NCBI GenBank assembly: GCA_001784175.1
Contig: MFPR01000006.1
Span: 124,001 to 188,000 of the forward strand
Direction of reading: 5' to 3'
Source of the DNA: Candidatus Lindowbacteria bacterium RIFCSPLOWO2_12_FULL_62_27
Lineage (GTDB): Bacteria > Lindowbacteria > 2-12-FULL-62-27
Length of the DNA stretch: 64,000 bases
Under the pieces are notes generated by a model that ran no database searches, was not told the origin of the DNA, and worked only from the letters and a program-made list of their open reading frames with translations. Below are positions 42,101-54,100 of this stretch, in pieces (the first letter of the stretch is position 1; each line of letters opens with the position of its first letter). The position numbers and the translations under genes are program-made.

Positions 42101-45100
42101 ACCTACGCGGCGGGCAACGACGCGACAGGCAAGGGCACGCCGGCCGCGCCGCTGGGGACGATCACGAAGGCGCTGCAGATGGCGACGACTGGCGACACGA
42201 TCTGGGTGGACGCGGGGTTGTTCGACTCCTACGCGCAGATTTCGCCGACGGAGACGGCCGTCGTGGTCATTGGAGTGGACAGCCTGTCGCTGATCGGGCG
42301 GGACTCGAACGCCACCGTGCTCGATCCGCCAGGTCCGAAGACTCAATCGGGCCTGTACGGAATTTACGCCTCGAACGTCACGGGGCTTCTCATCAAGAAC
42401 GTGGGTGTGACAGGCGCCTACGAAGGCATGCGGCTCAGCAATGTGGATGTTTCCATGGTCACGGGGGACAGCGTCAGTTCGGTCGGAAACATGGCCGTCT
42501 ATCTCTTGAGCGGCTCCGGAAATAACACGGTCAGCGCGAACTCGCTCAATTCAAATTACACCGGCATCTATCTTTCTTCCAGTTCGTCCAACACGCTGTC
42601 GAACAACTCGGTGAATTCGAATTCGTCCAACGGCATTGTCCTCCTGTCGAGTTCCAGCAACACGATCTCCGGCAACTCGGCTAATTCGAATTCGACTTAC
42701 GGCCTCACGCTGGCGTTCAGCACGAACAACACGATCTCGAACAATACCGCCAATTCGAACGCGACCGGCATCGACATCGCTTCGACGTCGACCGGCAACA
42801 TCCTGACGGGCAACACGGCCAATGCGAATTCGACGCACGGTGTCCGGCTGTCGTCGAGTTCGGCCAACATCCTGACGGGCAACGCTGCCAGCAACAACAC
42901 GCAGTCCGGAATTTGCGTGACCGGTTCGGATACCGGCGTGATCCGCCAGAACGATGTTTCCGGCAACGACACGGGCATCTGGATCGAGGGCGCGTCGCAG
43001 AACAACCTGATCTCCAAAAACAACCTCCCGTCGAACACGACCAATCACGTCTGGAACAAGGGCGGCCTGGCGAACACCATAACCCGCAACTGGTTCGGGT
43101 CGGCCGATTCGGTGACGATCAAAAACCAGATCAGCGACACGGCCAGCGCGTGGACGCCGTGGCGGCTTGCGATCGTGGACACGACCGCCGGCGCCGACAC
43201 GACCGCGCCGAAGGCGCCGGATACGGTTGCGATCATCGGCGCGCCGTCGGACACGTCCATCATCCTCGAGTGGGCGGCGGTGACCGCGAACGAAGAGACA
43301 GCGGCGGGCGGCGTGGGCCTGTCGGGCTACCGCGTGTACCGCAGCGGCGTGAAGGACACGTCGTCGTGGGTGAAGGTCGCGCAGACGGGGTCGAGTGTGA
43401 CGCGGTGGCAGGACACGGACGCCGGGATCGGGACCCGATACTACTATCGCGTGACGGCGTTCGACACGGCGACGCCGTTTGAGAACGAGTCGTTCTTCTC
43501 GGATTCCCAGCCTTCCGACAGCGCGGTGTTCACGGCGACGGTGAACTGGTACGTGAACGACGGCGCGACCGCCGGGGACAGTTTCACGTATGCAGCGGGC
43601 AACGACGCGACGGGCAAAGGCACGCCCGGGGCGCCGCTCGGGACGATCACGAAGGCCCTGCAGGTTGCGACGACCGGCGACACGATCTGGGTGGACGCGG
43701 GGCTGTACGATTCGTTTGTGAAAGTCTCGTCGACCGAAACGGCCGGGGTGAACATCGCCGTCGACAGTCTGACACTGATCGGCAGAGACTCGGGCGCGAC
43801 GGTCATCGATCCGCCGGGAGCGTCGACGGACAGTTTCCTCTACGCCATCTATGCCGACACGCAAGTCGGCCTCACGATCAAAAATCTCGGTGTGACGGGC
43901 GCGTTTCACGGCATTTATTTCCTGAACGTCGACCAATCGACGCTGACGGGCGACAGCGCCTCCGTGTGCGGCGGGAACGGCATTTATCTCCTGAATTCCG
44001 ACAGCAACACGGTCAGCAAGAACACCGTCGATTTCAACGTCGATGGCATCGAAATCAAATCGAGCGCAAACAACACGCTGAACAACAACACGGCCCGCTC
44101 GAACTCCTCGGACGGCATCGACCTGAATTCCAGCGCGAACGGCAACACCGTCAGCGCCAACACGGTCACGTCGAACACCGACGACGGCGTCTCCATGGAT
44201 CTGAATGCGGACAGCAACGTGGTGACCGGCAACACGGCCGATTCAAACACCGACGGCATCGACATGGACTTTAGCGCGAACAACCTGGTGACCGGAAACA
44301 CTGCCAATTCGAACACCGACTACGGAATCGTGCTGGGGTCGAGTTCAAACAACACGGTAAGCCACAACACGATCTCTTCGAATGTCAAATACCAGATCTA
44401 TATCGAAGGCGCATCCTCATCGGACACGGTTGTGAAGAACAACATCGTGCCGTCGGGATCGAATCCGGACAGCGGGGTCTATAACGGGTCGAGCGCGACG
44501 GCAAACAGATTCACGATGACGCGGAACTGGTGGGGTTCGGCCGACTCGGTGACGGTGCGCAAGCGCCTCGCGCAGCAATCGAACGGGGACTCGATCCTGT
44601 ATCAGCCCTACCGGTTGGGCGCGGTCGACACCGCCGTCGGCGCCGACACGACCGCGCCGAAAGCGCCGGACACGGCGGCGGTGGTGGGCGTGCCGTCGGA
44701 CACGTCGATCATCCTCGAGTGGTCGGCGGTGAGCGCGCTGGAGGAAGTCAACGGCGGCGCGGTGGGGCTGTCGGGGTACCGGGTGTACCGCAGCGCCGTG
44801 AAGGACACGTCGTCGTGGGTGAAAGTCGCGCAAACGGCGTCCGGCGTGATCCGGTGGCAGGACACGGACGCCGGGATCGGGACCCGATACTACTATCGCG
44901 TGACGGCGTTCGACACGGCGGCGTTCGAGAACGAGTCGTTCTTTTCGGACAGCCAGCCCTTCGACGCCGCGATGTTTGGCCCTCAGATCAACTGGTACGT
45001 GAACGACGGCTCCACCGCCGGCGACAGTTACACGTATGCGGCGGGAACCGACACCGCATCCGGCAAGGGATCCGCTTCGGCGCCGTTCAAGTCTCTCGCC

Positions 45101-48100
45101 AAAGTCATGCAATTCGTGACCGCCGGCGACACGATCTGGCTGGACGCCGGCACGTTCGGCGGGGACACGTGGGAAATGATTTCCGCGACGGAAACCGCCG
45201 CCGTGAATCTGGATACGGACAACCTGACGCTGATTGGGAAGGACTCGGGGGCGACGGTGATTGATCCGGCGGGGGCGAAGACGCAGGTCAACCTCTACGG
45301 CGTCTACGCTGACAGCCAGACCGGTCTTCAACTCAAAAACTTCGGCGTAACCGGCGCGTATCAGGGCATACGCCTGCACAACGTCGACTTGTCCACGGTG
45401 ACATCGGACAGCGTTTCGTCGAACGGGAATATCGGGATCTATCTCTACAACGGCTGCGAAACCAACACGCTGAGCAACAACCTCGTCCGTTCAAACACGA
45501 GTGACGGAGTGAACGTCGCCGGCGGACTCGGCAATACCCTGAGCGGCAACACACTGCTGTCCAATTCCGGGTATGGGTTTGTCCTGTCTTCCAGCCACGG
45601 CAACGCGATATCCGGCAACGCGTCCACGTCGAACACATCGACCGGTATCTTTCTCTTTTCCGGCTCAAAGCGAAACACGATCAGCAACAATACGACCAAC
45701 TCAAACTCCGGCGCAGGGATTGCCCTGTCATCCAGTCCGCAGAACACCGTCAGCGGCAACAGCATCGGTTCAAACGTCAGCTATGGGATAAGTCTCTCAA
45801 ACACGGGAAATGACACGATTTCAGGCAACACCGTGACGTCGAACGGATCGTCCGGAATCTATATGAACAACGACTCGAACGTCACCGTCATGAACAATGC
45901 CTCGGTCTCCAATTTCTTCGGAGTGGAACTCATATCCTCCTCCAACAACATTTTTGTTGCGAATGAATTGAGCGCAAACACGGATTATCAAGTCTACATC
46001 GACGGCACATCGGGCTCTGACACCTTCTCGAAAAACAACATCCTGCCTTCCTCCGGCAATCCCGACAGCGGCGTCTTCAACTCTACCAACAATTCCGCCG
46101 ACTTCACCCGCACGTGGTGGGGCACGGCCGATTCCGTCACGATCAACAGAATGATCTACGACACGGCGCCGGCCCAGCTTATCAAATTCCAGCCGTGGCG
46201 GCTCGGGCCGGCCGACACCGCCGCCAGCGCCGACACGACCGCGCCGAAAGCGCCGGACACGGTGGCGGTCATCGGCGCGCCGTCGGACACGGCGATCACG
46301 CTGGAGTGGTCGGCGGTGAGCGCGCTGGAGGAGTCGAACGGCGGCGCGGTGGGGTTGTCGGGCTACCGGGTGTACCGGAGCGCCGTCAAAGACACGTCGT
46401 CGTGGGTGAAGGTGTACGATGCGGGGTCGGGCGTGACGCGATGGCAGGACACGAACGTGGTTACCGGCCAAGTCTACTATTACCGCGTGACGGCGATTGA
46501 CACGGCGACGCCATTCGAGAACGAGTCGTTCTTTTCGGATTCCCAGCCGTTCGACAGCGCGGTGTACACGACGATCGTCAACTGGTACGTGAACGACGGC
46601 TCGACCTCCGGCGACAGCTACACCACGCAGGCCGGTTACGACACGTACGTCAGCGCCGGTGCAGGCAGGAAAGTCCCATTCCGGAGCATCAGCAAAGCGA
46701 TGCAGTTTGTGACGGCCGGGGACACAGTTTTTGTCGATGCCGGCTTGTTCGCGGAGACGGTCGTGATCAATGTCGACTCGATCAGCCTGATCGGCAAGGA
46801 CTCCGGCGCGACGGTGATCGATCCGCCCGGATCGAACGCGACCGCCGGTCTCTACGGCATCTTCGCCGACACGCAGACGGGCCTGCTCATCAAGAATCTG
46901 GGTGTGACGGGGGCGCTGGAGGGGATCCGGTTCGACAACGTGGACCGTTCCACCATCACGGGCGACAGCCTGTCCTCGAACGGGAACTACGGAATTTATC
47001 TTCTAGGCGGATCGGACACGAACACGCTGAGCAACAACATCGCGAACTCCAACAGCGTCGGCAGCGCCCGGGGGATTTACCTCGACGTGAGTTCCGGCAA
47101 CACGGTGACGAACAACACGGCCAATTCCAACGCGTCCTACGGCATCGTGTCGACCACCGGCGGAGGCAATACGTTCAGCGGCAACACGACCAACTCCAAC
47201 ACCAATTACGGTCTTTCGCTGTCGGGAAGTCCCCGAAACACCGTCACGAACAACACGGCGTCCTCCAACGGCCAGTACGGGATGCTGATCGAGTGGAATT
47301 CCGACACGAACACGATCACCGGTAACGCGGTCAGTCAGAACTCGATTTACGGGATCTTTTTCCGGGTGGCATCCAACAACAACCGGGTGGACAGCAACAT
47401 CGTCACCGGCAACACGCAGCACGGAATTGTGCTTGACGCCTGCACCCAAAACACGCTGACCGGCAACCTGGTGCGCTCGAATTCCCAGCACGGCGTCGTG
47501 CTGAAATCGAGCTTCAACACCGTCCTGGCCCAAAACACATTCGATGCGAACGTCCGCTATCAAGTCTACATCCACGGCTCCTCGACGTCCGACACGCTGA
47601 TCAAGAACAACATCCTGGCGTCGGGGACGAACCCGGACAGCGGCGTGGCGGTCACGTCGACGGTGACGGGAAACACCTTTTACCTGGCGCGCAACTGGTG
47701 GAACACGACAGACGCGGGGCGGATCACGAAGTTGGTCACGAGCGAAACCTACACCACGGCGACCGATTCCGTGGTCTACAGCCCGTTCCGGCTGGCACAG
47801 GTCGACACGGCGGCGGGCGCGGACACGACGGCGCCGGCGCCGCCAACGGGCGTGACGCTGGACACGAGCGCGGCGGGGCAGGTCACGTTCACGTGGACGA
47901 TCCCGACGATCAACGAGGAGACCAACGGCGGCTCCGTCGGGTTCAACGGCCTGAACATATTCCGGCTGGTCAACGTGGCCGACACGACGAACTGGGCGAA
48001 CTCGGTCAATCTCGTCAAGCAGACGGTGTCGACCGACACCACTTGGACCGACACGAACGTGACGGCGGGCAACACGTACTATTACCGGCTCACGTCCAAA

Positions 48101-51100
48101 GACGCGGCGACGTTCTTCAACGAGTCGTTCTTCATGGACACACGCGCGACCAAGCCGGCGTACGCCGGGCCGGTGTGGTACGTGAACGACACGGTCACGA
48201 CGGGCGACTCATTCACGTATCAGGTCGGCGGCGACGGGGGCAACGGCGACGCGGGGGCACCATTTTTGACGATCACGAAGGCGTTGTCGAAGGCGAAGGC
48301 CGGGGACACGATCCTGATCGACGCGGGGACGTACACGGAAACCGTCGTGATTGACACGAACAACGTCGCGCTCATCGGCAAGGACTCGAACGCGACGGTG
48401 ATCGATCCGCCGGGGTCGAACGCGACGGCGGGGCTTTACGGTATCTACGCCGATACACAGTCATGGCTTATGATTAAGAACGTGGGCGTCACGGGCGCGT
48501 TTGACGGCATCCATTTCTACAATGTGAGTTTCTCAACCATCGAGAACGACAGTGTGAGTTCCTGCGGCGATTTTGGCATTTACCTGCGCGGCAGCTCCAG
48601 TGACAATACCGTCAAGAACAATCTGGTTCTGTCAAACAGCAGCTATGGCATACATCTTGATGCGAGCCCGCTCAACACCGTAACAGGCAACCTGTCCAGT
48701 TCTAACACGTACGGAATTTTTCTGAACGCGAGTTCAAACAACAGGCTGACGAACAACACGACCAATTCGAATACGTATCACGGCGTCTATCTCAACTCGA
48801 GTTCGAACAACAACGTTCTCGCACGCGGCGTACTCAACAACAATGCCCAGGCGGGGGTGAGGATCGAGAGTTCGAACACAAATTATGTCAGTTTGTGTGA
48901 CGTGTCCGGGAATGACACGGGCGTCTGGGTTTTGGGGACGTCGAGCGGAAATACCGTAAGCAAGTGCAACCTCGTCAACAACACGGCAAAGAATCTGGCG
49001 GAGCAAAGCGGCATTGCCCAGGATCTCACTCGCAACTGGTGGGGCACGACGGATGAGGTGGCCATCGGCGCCAAGTTTCTCGATTCGGCGTCCATTCAGA
49101 CGTTCCGCCCCTACCGTTTCGGCGCCGTCGACACCGCCGCCGGCGCGGACACGACGGCGCCCGGCAAGCCCTTGAACGTGACGGTGGACACGTCCGTGTC
49201 GGGCCAGATCACGCTGACGTGGACGATCCCTTCGCTCAATGAGGAGACGAACGGCGGCGCGGTTGGATTTGTCGGCGTCAAAATATACAGGCTTAAAGAC
49301 GTGGTCGACACCTCCAACTGGGCGAACATCGTCAATCTCGTGCGCATTACCGGCTCGACCGACACCACCTGGATTGACACGACGGCGACGGCCGGCGGGA
49401 CCTACTATTACCGGCTGGCCTCGTTCGACGGCGCGGCGCCTGTCAACAAGTCGGCCTTGACCGACACGAAATCCGGCGCGTGGAAGAGCGGCGCGACCGT
49501 GCGGCTGTACGAGGACGCCGGGTTTGTGGACGAGACCGACACGCTTTTGACGCGGGACGTGGCCTACATCGAGGTGCGGGACAGCGACGAGAACAAGAAT
49601 TCGGGCGCTGTGGAGACAGTCACCATTACGGTTTTTGTCGGAAACGGCGCATTGGTGGCGTACGACGCGCTGGTCATCGACACCGAGACGATCACGCTGA
49701 TCGAGTCGGCGGCCGGCTCGGCGATCTTCCGCAGCGCTGCGGTCCACGCGGTCGACACGCTCTTTCCGGCGGTCGGAGACGGCCGGTTGTCGTGGGGTGT
49801 GGGCGACTCCCTCCATATCAAATATGCCGACGCCGACGATCCGGCCGACGCCGTGTTCGACACGGCCGTCGCGCTTGAAATCGCATCGGCCAGCTTGACG
49901 CGGATATACGAGAACTCCGCCTACACGGACGAAATCGACACGGCCTTCTCGCGCGACGTGCTGTACGTGGAGGTCACCGACACGGACGAGAACCGCAACC
50001 CGCAGTTGATGGATACGGTCGTCATCACGATCTTCGTCGGAGACGACGTAGCCGGCCTGGTCATCGACACCGAACAGATCGTGCTGACGGAATACTACGA
50101 GACCGCCGGGTTCTTCCGGTCCGGCGCGATCAACACGGTCGACACCGACGCGGCGGCGCTCGTCAACAACGGGCGGCTCGGCGTGGGGCGGTCGGACACG
50201 GTGCACGTGTCATACAGCGACGCCAATTCGACAGACGCCACATGGGACACGGTCCTGATTCTGGGCCCGTCCGTCGCGCTGACCGCGCCGGCGGACGCCG
50301 TCGAGACGACCGCGGCGACGATCCGGTTCGAGTGGTCGGGGACGAACGTCGACACTTACACGTGGCAGATGTCGCGGTCGACGACGTTCGCGACGATTGT
50401 CGACAGCGGAGTCGACACGATCGTGACATCGATGCTCCGGACGATCACCGTGGGCCAGGACACCTATTTCTGGCGCGTGATCGGCCGGCACGCGACCGGC
50501 AGCACGGACACGTCGGTTGTGCGCGGCTATATCCTGGACACGGGGGTCGGGCAGGTGGCGTTGTCGCAGCCGACGAGCAATCATGAAACGATGGCAGGCG
50601 TTGTTGTGGTGAGCTGGGCGGCGTTGGCGGACAGCGTCGGGATCGACAGTTACGCGGTTGAGGCGTCCAACAGCGCCGGCGTCCTCGTGTTCACGGACAC
50701 GATCGACGGCGCCTTCGTGAGCGACACCATCCCCGGCCTGTACAACGACACGTACGCGTGGCGCGTCCGCGCGGTGGACGATCTGGGCAATCAGGGCGCG
50801 TTCACGGCGCTTCGGAAATTCGTGACGGATACGCTGGTCGACCAGGTCACGCAGTCGCAGCCGGCGAACAATCACGAGACGACGATGACACTGGTGGTAG
50901 TGACCTGGAACGTCGTGGCGGACAGCGTGGGCGTCGACAGCTACGTGGTGGAATCCTTCAGCAGCGTCAGCACGCTGATCTTTTCGGACACAATTGACGG
51001 AACCCTCGTCAGCGACACGCTGACGGGACTTTATAATGACACGTATAACTGGCGTGTCCGCGCGATCGACGATCTGGGCAACCTTGGGCCGTTCTCCGCC

Positions 51101-54100
51101 ACCCGTGCCGTTCTGGTGGACACCGGGACCGGCCAAGTCGCGCTGTCGACGCCTGCGGACGGGACGCAGACGAACGTCGCGGCGGTCGCGCTGTCGTGGG
51201 CGGCACTCCTGGACAGCGCCGGGATCGATTCGTACGTGGTGGAGGCATCGACGACGACCGCGTTCACGGTCACGGTCTTTGTGGACACCATCGATGGGAC
51301 GAATACGACCGATACGTTCAATGCGGGTGGAAGCGACACATACTTCTGGCGAGTGCGAGCGATCGACGAGTTGGGCAACGTGGGCGCGAACTCGGCCGTG
51401 CGCGGGTTCGTGGTGGACACGGCCGCCGGCCAAGTGGTGCTGTCGAGCCCGGCGGACGGCGCGCAGACGACGAATCCGGCGGTGGGCCTCGTGTGGGTTG
51501 CGCTGGCGGACAGCATAGGGATCGACAGCTACGTGGTGGAGGTCTCGAAGACAAGCGGATTTTCGTCGACGGTCCTCGCGGACACGGTGGACGGCGTCGC
51601 GACCACAGACACGTTTACGGCGGGAAGCAGTGACACCTATTACTGGCGGGTGCGCGCGATCGACCAGCTCGGCAACGCAGGCGCCTACTCGATCACGCGC
51701 GGCTTTTTGATCGACTCGGGCGTCTCGCAGGTCAGCGTGAGTGCGCCGGCGGACGGGCACGAGACGACGAACGCGCTCGTGGTGGTGAGCTGGACGGCGG
51801 TGCAGGACAGTTCAGGGATCGACAGCTACGTGGTGGAGGCGTCGAAGACTTCGGCGTTCGGCGTGACGGTGTTTGCGGACACGGTGGACGGGGGCCTGAC
51901 AACAGATACGCTCACGGGTTTGTATAATGACACCTATTTCTGGCGGGTGCGCGCGATCGACTACGCGAAGAACGTCGGTCCGAACTCGACCGTGCGGGGG
52001 TTCCTCGTGGACACATCGGTTGCGCAGGTGTCGTTGTGGAGTCCGGCGGACGGTTATCAGACGGCGTCCGGGCTGGTCAGTCTGCAGGTGATCGCGGCAT
52101 CGGACAGCGCCGGGATCGACAGCTACGTCTTTGAGGTGTCGAAGACGCCGGCGTTCACGACGACGGAATTCGCGGACACAGTGGACGGCTCCGGGACGAC
52201 ATCGGCGTTCTCGCCGGCGACGAACGACACGTATTTCTGGCGCGCCCGCGCCATCGATGATCTGGGTCAGGCCGGCGCGAACTCCGCGTCGCGCGGATTC
52301 CTGGTCGACACGTCGATCGGCCAAGTCGCGCTCCTGGCGCCGGCCGACGGCCACGAGACGACGGCGGCGGCGCTATCGCTGACGTGGCAGGCAGTGTCGG
52401 ACAGCGTGGGAATCGACAGCTACGCGGTTGAGATGTCGAAGAACGCGTCGTTTACCAACTTGGTCCTGACCGACACGCTCGACGGCGTGCAGACGAGCTG
52501 CGGTGTGACCGGCCTGTTCAACGACACATACTACTGGCGCGTGCGCGCGATCGACCAGCTTGCGAACAGCGGCGCGTTTTCAGCCGCGCGCGGGTTTCTG
52601 ATGGACACGATCATCGGCCAGCCGGCGTCGGCCCTGCCCGCGGACGCGCACGAGACGACGAACGCGGCGGTCACCGTAAGCTGGACCGCGCTGGCCGACA
52701 GCGTCGGGATCGACAGTTACGCGCTGGACGTTTCAAAGAGCCCGGTGTTCACGGGTTCGGTGTTCGCGGACACCGTCGACGGCACGGTGACGGGCCGCGC
52801 CGTGACGGGCCTCTATAACGACACATATTTCTGGCATGTCATGGCGATGGACGATCTGGGCAACGTGGGGCCGTACTCGGCCGCGCGCGGATTTTTGGTC
52901 GACACGGCCGTCGCCAAACCGGCGCTGACCGGTCCGGCGAACAACCTGACCACCATCGACTCGATGCCGACCTTCACGTGGTCGGCCGTCACGGACAGCG
53001 TCGGGATCGACAGCTACGCGCTGGAGGTATCGTCGAGCCCGGCGTTCGCGTCGGTGGCGCTGGCCGACACGGTAGACGGCTCGGTGACGTCGTCCACGGC
53101 GCCGGCGCTGCAGTCGACGACCTATTACTGGCGCGTCCGCGCGATCGACGACCTGGCGAACGTGAGCGCGAATGCGGACTCGTTCGTGTTGACCGTCGAC
53201 ACCGCCGCCGCGACGGTGACGCTGGTGTCGCCGGCCGCGGGGTACCAGACGAAGGCCGGGACCGTCGCGTTTGCATGGTCCGGCACGAATGCCGACACGT
53301 ACACATGGCAGTTGTCGAAATCAAGCGCGTTCGGAACAATCGTAGACAGCGTGTCGGACACGACGGAGACCTCGGTCACGCGCGCGATACCGGAAAACGA
53401 CACATACTTCTGGCGCGTGATCGCGCGCAGCAGCAGCGGCCTGACGTGGGACACGTCGCCCGGTCGCGGGATCATGCTCGACACGGCCGTCTCGCAGGTC
53501 TCGGCGGCGTCCCCGGCCGACCTGATGGAGACGACGGCGACGACGGTGGTGATGACGTGGTCGGTGATCGCCGACAGCGTGGGGGTTGACTCGTACGTGG
53601 TGGAGGCGTCGAACGGGAGCGGGTTTACCAGCCTCGTCTTCGCTGACACGATCGACGCCTCGCAGACCGCCGACACGCGCTCGTCGCTGGCGGTGAATCC
53701 GTATTACTGGCGGGTCCGCGCGATCGATAACCTGGGCAACGTCGGGCCGAATTCGGTCACGCGGCTGTTCACGATCAACAGCCCGTACAACGGACCGAAA
53801 TGGTACGTGAACGACGTTCGCGCGGCAGGCGACTCGTTCACCTACGAAGGCGGCGCCGACACGAACTACGGCGAAGGCTCGCCGCAAAAGCCGTTCCGGA
53901 CGATCATGAAGGCGCTGTCCCGCGTCAGCACGGGCGACACGATCTACATCGACGCCGGTCTCTACACCGAAACCGTGGTAATTGACTCGAACCAGATCAG
54001 CCTGATCGGCGCCGGGTCCGACACCACGGCGATCGACCCGCCGGGGGATTCGGCCGTGGTGGGCCTCTACGGTATTTTTGCCGACGCGCAGACGGGTCTA

